DNA of 50,015 nt from Polyangiaceae bacterium (lineage in GTDB: Bacteria; Myxococcota_A; Polyangia; Polyangiales; Polyangiaceae), in the NCBI GenBank assembly GCA_044222475.1, contig JBGANF010000049.1:1-50015 (forward strand), read 5' to 3'. This document shows, in pieces, positions 36,645 through 44,468 of the stretch. A program made the translations under genes and the position numbers. The notes below the pieces were generated by a model. That model did no database searches and was not told the origin of the DNA. It saw nothing but the letters and a program-made list of their open reading frames with translations. Each line of letters begins with the position of its first letter. Position 1 is the stretch's first letter.

Positions 36645-37763
36645 ATGCGTCTCGTGGCCTCTGCCCTGGCTCTAGGCACCCTCGCCGGCGCCCTCTCGCT
36701 CTCCGCGAGCGCCTTTGCCGGCAGCATGGACCCGGCGACGGAACGCCTCGTCCTCCAGCCGCAGAACGCCCCCGGCACCTGCCAGGCGATCGCCGGGGAC
36801 CCCGAAATCGCCATCAAAGCCGGCAGCTCGCCGAACTCGTTCCCCTGCCGGCCCGACAACGTCGCCTTCGCGAACCTCGTCTCGGAGCTCGGTTTCGCCA
36901 TCGCGCCGACCGCGTTCCACCCCGCGCGCACGACCGGCATCGGCGGCTTCGCGCTCACGCTGGAAGCGACGTACACCAAGATCAACAGCGACGCCTTCAG
37001 CACGAGCAACGTCGACGGCAGCCAGCGCCAGTACTGGCACGACGGCACGCGCGGCCCGGTCGACCCGTCGACCAACGCGTTCTCGGTGAAGAACGCGGAT
37101 CCGGTGAGCGTCATCCAGGTCTACTCGCTGAAGGCGCGCAAGGGCCTGCCCTTCGGCTTCGAGGTGACCGGCGCGCTCGGCTACCTCGCGAACAGCTCGA
37201 TGTGGAACCTCGGCGCCGACGTGCGCTGGGCCCCGCTCGAGGGATTCCGCACGCACATCCTCGGCATCCTCCCCGACTTCTCCGTCGGCGGCGGCGTGCG
37301 CACGCTCCTCGGCACCGACAAGTTCACCCTCACGACGGTCGGGCTCGACTTCCAGCTCTCGAAGCCGATCACGATCAGCGAGGCACAAGTCCTCACCCCG
37401 GTCGTCGGCTTTCAGCGCCTTTGGATCTACGGCGACTCGAGCATCATCGACTCCACGCCGAACACCGACCCGATCAACCAGTGCGGCTTCCAGGGCATCG
37501 ACCAGAACAACGGCTCGCCCGTCTGCAAGAACAAGCTCTCGACCGGGATCCCGGCCAACGGCGACTTCAACAACAACTTCGTCTTCAGCAAGGTGCGCAC
37601 GCAGCGCAACCGGCTGCAGTTCGGGATCAACTACCGCTTCGAGATGCTCTATCTCGCGGGTCAATTCCTCATCGATCTCACGTCGCCCCAGGCCGACTCG
37701 CAAGAGATCCTCAACTCTTCACGCCAGTGGACGATGTCCTACGAGCTCGGCGCGTTCTTCTGA
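36645..37763 (+). CDS. Putative outer-membrane beta-barrel protein
   Basis: Signal peptide ASAFA; amphipathic strands (ARKGLPFGFEVTG, LQFGINYRF); C-terminal YELGAFF; two Cys pairs. Confidence 0.78.
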   Translation: MRLVASALALGTLAGALSLSASAFAGSMDPATERLVLQPQNAPGTCQAIAGDPEIAIKAGSSPNSFPCRPDNVAFANLVSELGFAIAPTAFHPARTTGIGGFALTLEATYTKINSDAFSTSNVDGSQRQYWHDGTRGPVDPSTNAFSVKNADPVSVIQVYSLKARKGLPFGFEVTGALGYLANSSMWNLGADVRWAPLEGFRTHILGILPDFSVGGGVRTLLGTDKFTLTTVGLDFQLSKPITISEAQVLTPVVGFQRLWIYGDSSIIDSTPNTDPINQCGFQGIDQNNGSPVCKNKLSTGIPANGDFNNNFVFSKVRTQRNRLQFGINYRFEMLYLAGQFLIDLTSPQADSQEILNSSRQWTMSYELGAFF

Positions 37764-38260
37764 CGCGCTCGATTTTCTTCGCGACCGCGCTCGCGCTGTC
37801 GGCGTGTGCACCGCGCGGTGAGCCGGTCGGCGTGTCCCACAATGGTAACGAGGCGTGGGTGCGTGACGCGGGCACTCCGGTGAAGGCCGTGCCCCTCGCC
37901 GGGCTACCGGCCGATTTTCGGACGAAGCTGCACCAAGTCGGCCGCATCGCGAAGTCGGAGCACCTCAACGGTTCGGCCGCGATGCTCTGGGCCGACGATG
38001 CCGGGCAAGCCGCGCTCGCGCGCGGCAGCGCCGTCCCCGACGACGCGCTGTTCGTCGAGGAGATGCTCGGTCCTTCGCAAGCCGACGGCGGCGCGACGAC
38101 GATCGCGATCTATCTGCTCGCCGTCGACAAGACCGCGGTCCGCTTCGGAGTCGCCGACGCGAAAGGCTTCGCCCAGCTCGACGACACGACCGGCACGTCG
38201 CTCTGCGCGCGGTGTCACGGCGAGTCGCCGCGAGCCCCGATGTGGGTGGCGCGCCCGTGA
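37727..38260 (+). CDS. Monoheme c-type cytochrome lipoprotein, cytochrome P460/c'-beta-like
   Basis: Lipobox LSAC; VPDDALFVEE (P460-family PDG-x3-VKE-like); C-terminal CARCH. Start uncertain (GTG 37727 or CTG 37760). Confidence 0.62.
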   Translation: MDDVLRARRVLLTRSIFFATALALSACAPRGEPVGVSHNGNEAWVRDAGTPVKAVPLAGLPADFRTKLHQVGRIAKSEHLNGSAAMLWADDAGQAALARGSAVPDDALFVEEMLGPSQADGGATTIAIYLLAVDKTAVRFGVADAKGFAQLDDTTGTSLCARCHGESPRAPMWVARP

Positions 38261-38267
38261 ACTTTCC

Positions 38268-39095
38268 TCAGTGGAAGATCACGACTCCGAGACCCGCCAG
38301 CATCGCCAGCGCACAGAACAGCGTCGCGACGATCGCCGCGGCGTACGACGCGTGAAGCGCGGGCTTCGCGTCCGCTCCTTCGAGCCGGTACGTGCCCCGC
38401 AGGAACGCGAGCGACGAGCGCGTCGGCAGCCCGACCGCGACGTTCACGAGCGACGCTTTCTCGCGGAGGAGACCGACGAACCCGATCGGCCCGAGCACGA
38501 GGTCCCACCCGGCCGAGTAGAGGCCGAACCGAAGCGCTCGCGCGAGGCTCGCCTTCGCGCCGCGGCGGCGCGCCGCCAGCCCGAGCGAGAGACCGTGCGC
38601 CGCGTGCGCCGCGACGAGGAGCATCGCGAGACCGAACACGCTCGCGAAGGCGGCGCGGCAGGCGAACCCGATCGATGCGGTGTCGATCGACGACAGCGCT
38701 CCGAACACGAGCAGCGCGACGAAGAACGCCCCGCCAACGCAGACGAGCATCGCGGTCGCCGCGAGGACCTCGGCGAAGAGGGCGAAGCGAAACGCCGGCA
38801 TGATCGGCCCATCGGGCAGCGCCTCGAAGAACGCTTCGGCGTTCAGCGTCGCCGCCTTCGACGTGGACCACAGGCGCTCGAACGATCCGCCAGGACGCTC
38901 CCACGCGACGATCGAGATGACGCCGGAGCGCGACCGCTCTTCGGCGCAGCCGAGGCAGTCGGGATCGCCGCACAGCGCGCAGACGACCGCAGCGGGAAAA
39001 TCGACGAGCTCGTCGCGCGCCGACCCCGGCGCTGGCGAAACCTCCCCGTCAATCTCCGCCTCGTCGGCGACTGAACGTCTCCGTGCCGCGGCCAT
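38268..39095 (-). CDS. Membrane protein with N-terminal Cys cluster (Yip1-like topology)
   Basis: CALCGDPDCLGC then AWER..FFEALP and about 5 TM helices. Confidence 0.72.
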   Translation of the reverse strand: MAAARRRSVADEAEIDGEVSPAPGSARDELVDFPAAVVCALCGDPDCLGCAEERSRSGVISIVAWERPGGSFERLWSTSKAATLNAEAFFEALPDGPIMPAFRFALFAEVLAATAMLVCVGGAFFVALLVFGALSSIDTASIGFACRAAFASVFGLAMLLVAAHAAHGLSLGLAARRRGAKASLARALRFGLYSAGWDLVLGPIGFVGLLREKASLVNVAVGLPTRSSLAFLRGTYRLEGADAKPALHASYAAAIVATLFCALAMLAGLGVVIFH

Positions 39096-39141
39096 GGGCC
39101 GAACTATGGATCGCGAAGGACCGAAACGCTAGCGCGCTCTC

Positions 39142-39756
39142 TCAGTTGAGCGTTTGGCCAGCGCTCGATCCGCGCTTCACCTTGATGACGTCCGCCCGAC
39201 CACCCAGTCGAACCGACACCACGAACGCGATCGCCGAGAGCGCCATCGTCGCCCAGAACGCGGGATTGTAGAGGAAGTGCAGCGGGATCAACCCGCGCTG
39301 CGGCGGGCGGAGGTAGAGAATTGCGGTGGTGACGAACGACACCGACGACAAGAACGCCGCGGCGACGCGCGCACCGCGAAGCTGCAGGATCGTGCGCCGG
39401 CTCAGCACCGTCGGCACGAGCACGAGCCACCCGACGCCGGCGGCCCATGCCCACGGAAGCTTTCGCGCGAGCTCGAAGCCCGAGTACGTGTAGTCGTCCG
39501 GCATCGTCACGTGCACCCACGGCAACATGAAGAGGACGACGCCGATCACTCCGAAGAGCGCGAGGAGCCCGCGACCGCGACCGAGGTAGGTCCACGACAG
39601 GTTCTCGCGCAGCGGGTCGACGGGGACCCCGTCCTCCGAGTGAATCGACGGCGGGAGCTTGTCGAAGGCGACGAGGGACATGCCGCACACCGGGCACTCG
39701 GTCGCCTCCCCGTGTTCGAACATTTCCCGACAAAACGGGCACGCGACGAGCGCCAT
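39142..39756 (-). CDS. Zinc-ribbon membrane protein
   Basis: MALVACPFC..ECPVCG followed by 4 TM segments; TATGCT 9 nt upstream. Confidence 0.75.
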   Translation of the reverse strand: MALVACPFCREMFEHGEATECPVCGMSLVAFDKLPPSIHSEDGVPVDPLRENLSWTYLGRGRGLLALFGVIGVVLFMLPWVHVTMPDDYTYSGFELARKLPWAWAAGVGWLVLVPTVLSRRTILQLRGARVAAAFLSSVSFVTTAILYLRPPQRGLIPLHFLYNPAFWATMALSAIAFVVSVRLGGRADVIKVKRGSSAGQTLN

Positions 39757-39884
39757 CCGCTTGGGAGCATACCTTCCTCGAGACCGAACTTCGCGCAGCG
39801 ATTGACCCATCGAGGATCCGGACATGCCCGGCCACCGGAAGTTCCCGCGTGGACAGCCGGCCAGGATTTGGGCAGGCTCGCTCC

Positions 39885-40172
39885 ATGGCGCGGCCCGCAC
39901 GACTGGATGACACCTCGATTGCGCAGTGGCTCTCGAACCACCCGGCGTGGACGCGGGACGGCGACGCACTCACACGCACCTACACGCTGTCGGATTTCGC
40001 CACTGCGATCGGGTTCGTCGTGAGGGTCGGGTTCCTCGCCGAGAAGATGGATCACCACCCCGACATCGCCATCGCTTACCGCAAGGTGACGCTCCGCTTC
40101 TCGACGCACGACGCGGGCGGCATCACCGAGCTCGATCTCGCCGGCGCGAACGGTGCGGACGGCTTCGCATGA
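39885..40172 (+). CDS. phhB: Pterin-4-alpha-carbinolamine dehydratase
   Basis: AEKMDHHPDI..VTLRFSTHDAGGITELD signature. Confidence 0.93.
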   Translation: MARPARLDDTSIAQWLSNHPAWTRDGDALTRTYTLSDFATAIGFVVRVGFLAEKMDHHPDIAIAYRKVTLRFSTHDAGGITELDLAGANGADGFA

Positions 40173-40882
40173 CGCAGAAGGGTCTCGAGGAGGCGCGGGC
40201 GGCGCTCATGGCTCGGCTCGAGGCCATCGTCGGTCCGGGCGCGCCCATCGAGCGGCTCGAAGAAGCGCTGACCCACCCGAGCTTCGCGAACGAGACGACC
40301 GCGCGTGACAACCAGCGGCTCGAGTTCCTCGGTGACTCGGTCCTCGGTCTCTGCGTCAGTGAGCTACTCACCGCGCGCCACGAAGACGCCGACGAAGGGA
40401 TGCTCACGCGTCTGCGGAGCGCGCTGGTCAACGCCGAGGCGCTCGCGCGGTGGGCACGCCACGTCGATCTCGGGAGCTCGCTGTCGCTCGGTCGCGGAGC
40501 GCGGATGGGGACCGAGCGCGATCGCACGAACGTCCTCGCCGACGGCGTCGAGGCGCTCGTCGCTGCGGTGTATCTCTCGCGCGGCATCGAAGGCGCGCGG
40601 AAGCTCGTCGCCGAGATCACCGCGGTCGTCCTGCCCGAGGTCGATCCGGACAGCACGAAGGATCCGAAGAGCATGCTCCAAGAGCGCGTCCAAGCGCGCG
40701 GAGAGAAGGCACCCACCTACCGCGTCGTCGCGACGGAAGGTCCGTCGCACGATCCGCGCTTCCACGTGGAGGTGCTCGTCGGAGACGAAGTGCGCGGCCT
40801 TGGAGTCGGTCCCTCGAAGCGAGCGGCCGAGCGAGAAGCGGCGCGGGTGGCGTTGGAGAAAGACCAAGCCACCTCGGACTGA
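40169..40882 (+). CDS. rnc: Ribonuclease III
   Basis: ALTHPS, NQRLEFLGDSVLG, LADGVEALVAAVY; dsRBD DPKSMLQE..GPSHDPRF..SKRAAEREAA; ATGA overlap with phhB. Confidence 0.96.
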   Translation: MTQKGLEEARAALMARLEAIVGPGAPIERLEEALTHPSFANETTARDNQRLEFLGDSVLGLCVSELLTARHEDADEGMLTRLRSALVNAEALARWARHVDLGSSLSLGRGARMGTERDRTNVLADGVEALVAAVYLSRGIEGARKLVAEITAVVLPEVDPDSTKDPKSMLQERVQARGEKAPTYRVVATEGPSHDPRFHVEVLVGDEVRGLGVGPSKRAAEREAARVALEKDQATSD

Positions 40883-40883
40883 G

Positions 40884-41876
40884 TTACTTCCCGCTCGTGA
40901 CCGGGTTCGCGCTCGGCGCCACTTGGCCGGCGCGCTTCCGCGGGACGACGATCGCGTCCGGTAGCGTCACGTCGATGCCGTCGAGGAGATCGGCGTTGTT
41001 CTCGGTGAGGTCGCGCTTGCGCAGCGTCTCGAGCAGCGCCTTCGTCGCCGCGTCGACGCGCTGGCGATAGACGAGCGCCTGGATCTGCTCTTTGACGTCG
41101 GCGAAGGCGCGATGGCTCGCACCGACGGTGCCGCGACGCCACACGACGGAGAAGCCAGTGCCCTCGGCCACCGGCTCCGGCACGAGCTCGCCGTCGCGGA
41201 CGCCCTGCGCGGCTTTGACGAGCACCGGATCGGCGCGGAAGCCCGCTTCGCTCGAGACACCGTCGGGGCCGACGAAGCCGAGGTTGCCTCCGCGCATCGC
41301 CGTCGACTTGTCTTGGCTGTGTTCCCGCGCGAGCTGGTTCCAGTGCACGAGCGACGAGTCCTTCTTCGCGTCGGCCAGGACCGTCTGCGCTTCTTCTTTC
41401 GTGGCGCAGATGATCCGCCACAGGTTGAGGCGCTCGGGCGAGTCGTACGAGGACACGTTCGTGTCGTAGTAGGCCTTCGCGTCCGCTTCGGAGACGGTGC
41501 TGGCGCTCCCGGTCTGGGCGCGGATCGCCCGGAGCGTGGCTTGCGCGCGCACGCGATCGAGATCGAAGCGCGTCGGGATCTTCTGATCGAGGTGCCGCGT
41601 CTCCGCACCTTGAGCGAGGAGCAGCTCGGTGATCATCACCTCCTCGAGAAACTTCTTCCGGATGTCGGCCGGGGTCGCGCCGAACGATCGCAGCTGGAAC
41701 GCCGGGACCTGCGCCATGCGATCTTCGAGCTCACCGCAGGTGATGACCTTCGGGCCGACGTGCGCGACGACCGCCGCGCGACGCGCGGCATCGGCGTCCT
41801 GCGCGAGCGCGCCCGGCGCGACCGCGAGGATCGCAGCGGCCGCGAAGGCGAAGGCGGTCGAGGCACGACGATTCAT
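40884..41876 (-). CDS. PpiC-type peptidyl-prolyl isomerase (SurA/PrsA-like foldase)
   Basis: Signal peptide ALA-Q; LAREHSQDKSTAMRGGNLGFV, GELVPEPV..GFSVV. Confidence 0.88.
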   Translation of the reverse strand: MNRRASTAFAFAAAAILAVAPGALAQDADAARRAAVVAHVGPKVITCGELEDRMAQVPAFQLRSFGATPADIRKKFLEEVMITELLLAQGAETRHLDQKIPTRFDLDRVRAQATLRAIRAQTGSASTVSEADAKAYYDTNVSSYDSPERLNLWRIICATKEEAQTVLADAKKDSSLVHWNQLAREHSQDKSTAMRGGNLGFVGPDGVSSEAGFRADPVLVKAAQGVRDGELVPEPVAEGTGFSVVWRRGTVGASHRAFADVKEQIQALVYRQRVDAATKALLETLRKRDLTENNADLLDGIDVTLPDAIVVPRKRAGQVAPSANPVTSGK

Positions 41877-41917
41877 GGACGAAGATGTAGGCGGGGCTCG
41901 CCCGACGCGCAAGCGCG

Positions 41918-42391
41918 CTAAGCCCGCGCGCGCTTCTTCGGCTTGTCGTGCGCCCTCTCGTTCGAAGAGGCGAGGACGCCGGCGGCGCGAAGCGTGTCGT
42001 CGTCGATGCCGACGAAGCGGTAGACCTCGGGGCGGAACGAGTAAGCAGAGTGGAGGCGCTCGATCGCGGTGACGACGTCGTCGCCGAGGCCGTGCGCCTT
42101 CCGCGGTTTCGCCACTTTGCGCAAGGACGAGACCGTTTCACCGAGCTCGAGGAGCTCGTTCGCGTGCTGGAGGACGTCGAGCGGCTTCAGCTCGCGGCCG
42201 CCGCGACCGGTGCCGGCTTCGAGCTCGGTGAGGAGACGCTGGCGGCGCTTCTCGGTACGCCCGTCGAGGCGGGCGCGGGCGACGCCTCCACCGAGGATGT
42301 CGTTGAAGAAACGCGCGGCGCGGCGCTTCTCGATCGCCTCGGGACTTCCACGCCGGTTCTGCGGCTTGCTCGTCGACTTCGACCGTACCAC
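41918..42391 (-). CDS. Hypothetical basic protein
   Basis: 157 aa, Arg/Lys-rich termini, helical core; strong promoter directly upstream. Confidence 0.75.
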   Translation of the reverse strand: MVRSKSTSKPQNRRGSPEAIEKRRAARFFNDILGGGVARARLDGRTEKRRQRLLTELEAGTGRGGRELKPLDVLQHANELLELGETVSSLRKVAKPRKAHGLGDDVVTAIERLHSAYSFRPEVYRFVGIDDDTLRAAGVLASSNERAHDKPKKRARA

Positions 42392-42400
42392 TCGGGCTGC

Positions 42401-42430
42401 AACCTAGAGCAAGGGAGCCCTCCATGTCAA
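42401..42430 (-). promoter_or_regulatory. Sigma70 promoter
   Basis: TTGACA (42425-42430)-N18-TAGGTT (42401-42406), 9 nt before GTG 42391. Confidence 0.6.
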
Positions 42431-42477
42431 ATGGACTACATCGCGCGTTCAGTCATCGATTCAAACGCTCTATCTCG

Positions 42478-43758
42478 TCATCGGCTCTCGGCGATCAGCG
42501 TGACGATGACGACGATCAAAGCGAGTACCCAGATGGGCCAGGTGCGCCGCAGAAATTCGCCGAAATCGCGCCCGAGGTTCGCGGTCGCGTTTCGCGCCAG
42601 CGCCTTCTTTCCCAGCACCCGCGCCGCTTCGCGCGCGATCTCCGCGCGCTCTTCCTCGTCGACGGCGTCGTGACCGCGACCGTCGGCCACGTGATGCTCG
42701 AGCTCGTGCTCGATCGTCTCTTCGAGCTCGGCGCGCCAGTCGTACGGGCCGTCCTCGTCCCACATCGCCTTGAACGTGCGGAAGTACACCGTGATCTCCG
42801 GCGCGCGGGACGGCGTGCCGTGGTCGCCTTCGGTTCCGGGCACGTACGAGCCGAGGAGCGGCTCGCCTCCGTCGTCGCAGGCGGGCACGCCTCCGTCGAC
42901 GACGAACGCGATCTCGCGCTCGAACGCGGCGCCCATCGCCTCCTTCGCGAGCGCGCGCGCGGCGTCGTCGAACGCCGCGAGATCGGGAAAGGCTTCGGCG
43001 TCCGACTCGTCCGCGTCGCGCGGCGTCCAGGGCTCGAGCTCGCGATCGTACGGAGCGTCGACGTCGTTTCGAGCACCGCACTCCTTGCAGGTCGTCACCG
43101 CGCCGAGGCGCAGCGGATAGTGGGCGCGCAGGAAGAGGTTCCCGATTGCGCCGAAGGCGTCGTCGGTCGCCTTGGCGAGCGCGACGGCGATCTTCTTCGG
43201 GTCGCGCTCGGGGCCCAGCGACGCGATGCCGAGACCGCGAACGACGGCCTCGTCGACGTCGAGCGACTTTCGCGATAGAGCCGAAAACAAGCCTCTCGCT
43301 GCGCCGACCGTCACCCCGCGGAGACGAACCGTGGTCGCCTTCTTCGCTCCGACCCGAACCTCCGGGATCGGGTGTGCTTCGTCGAGCGGCAGCGTCGCGT
43401 CGAGCTCGGGGTCGTCCAGCTCCGCGTCGACGAGCGGTCCGAGCGGCATCTCGGCGCAGGGTCGGAGCGAGAGCTCCGCGTCGCAGTTCTTGCAGTGCAC
43501 CGTGACGAGCTGCTCCTCGACGACGCCGCACGCGGCGAGGACGGCGCGAAGCGCGTGGAGCTCGGCGAGCGTGAGCTCGTCGATCGAGAGGCGCTGCCGC
43601 GCCGACCACACCTCGACCACGCCGCCGTCGAGGATCGCGAGCGCGTCGCGGAAGAGGGTGCGCTTCCTGGGCTTCGGCACCGCGTCGGGCTCGAGGCGAA
43701 GCTCGACGATTCGACCGCCGGGAAGCTGAAGGCGCCGCGGCAGCTCCTGCGAGCTCAC
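42478..43758 (-). CDS. Zincin-like metallopeptidase (Zincin_1/DUF1025-like) fused to an N-terminal double-CxxC domain, with C-terminal TM anchor
   Basis: GTG 43758 overlaps the yhhQ stop; CKNC and CKECG; PLLGSY..PEITVY..ETIEHELEHH; WPIWVLALIVVIVTLIA. Confidence 0.8.
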   Translation of the reverse strand: MSSQELPRRLQLPGGRIVELRLEPDAVPKPRKRTLFRDALAILDGGVVEVWSARQRLSIDELTLAELHALRAVLAACGVVEEQLVTVHCKNCDAELSLRPCAEMPLGPLVDAELDDPELDATLPLDEAHPIPEVRVGAKKATTVRLRGVTVGAARGLFSALSRKSLDVDEAVVRGLGIASLGPERDPKKIAVALAKATDDAFGAIGNLFLRAHYPLRLGAVTTCKECGARNDVDAPYDRELEPWTPRDADESDAEAFPDLAAFDDAARALAKEAMGAAFEREIAFVVDGGVPACDDGGEPLLGSYVPGTEGDHGTPSRAPEITVYFRTFKAMWDEDGPYDWRAELEETIEHELEHHVADGRGHDAVDEEERAEIAREAARVLGKKALARNATANLGRDFGEFLRRTWPIWVLALIVVIVTLIAESR

Positions 43759-44459
43759 GCCGGATCTTTCTTCTTCTCCCGCGCTTCGTGAGGCATCGGG
43801 GTGAGTCCCATGATCCGGACGACGAACCCGTGGACGGCGTACACCGCGGGCGTGAGGAGGATCGCGACGACGAGCTTGATCCCGTACTCGCGCCCGATCT
43901 TCGCGAAGATCCACGACCACTCCTTCGTCGCGGTCCACTTCCAGAAGATCACGTTGATCATCACGGTGTCGATGATCTGGCTCAGGATCGTCGACCCGGT
44001 GGCTCGCAGCCAGAGGTGGCGCGACTCGGTCAGGGCCTTCCAGAATTGAAAGACCTGGATGTCGAGGAATTGCCCGATCAGATAGGCGATGATCGAGGCG
44101 ACGAAGAGCTGGGCGCTTCCACCGAAGATCTTCACGAACTCGGCCTGAGTGAAGTACGTCGACTCGTCCGCCGGAAGGTGCGTCGAGATCTGGAGGACGA
44201 CGTAGGCGAGCAGCGCCATGAAGAAGCCGAGGAGCGTGAGGAAGCGCGCGCCCTGGCGGCCGTAGAAGTCGTTCACGACGTCGGTCAGGAGAAACGTGAC
44301 CGGGAACGGGATGATGCCGACCGAGATGGGCCCGAGCGGCGTCGAGATCGTCTTTCCGCCGATCACGTCGCCCAGGATCAGACACGACACGAAGATCGCG
44401 CAGAGGTAGACGAAGAGCTTCTGCGAGGCCTTGAGCTGTTCGGTCCCGGAGCCGGTCAT
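43755..44459 (-). CDS. yhhQ: Queuosine precursor transporter (Vut_1/YhhQ)
   Basis: FPVTFLLTDVVNDFYG, ASIIAYLIGQFLD, LWLRATGSTILSQIIDT. Confidence 0.92.
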   Translation of the reverse strand: MTGSGTEQLKASQKLFVYLCAIFVSCLILGDVIGGKTISTPLGPISVGIIPFPVTFLLTDVVNDFYGRQGARFLTLLGFFMALLAYVVLQISTHLPADESTYFTQAEFVKIFGGSAQLFVASIIAYLIGQFLDIQVFQFWKALTESRHLWLRATGSTILSQIIDTVMINVIFWKWTATKEWSWIFAKIGREYGIKLVVAILLTPAVYAVHGFVVRIMGLTPMPHEAREKKKDPA

Positions 44460-44468
44460 GAGCGGGCG

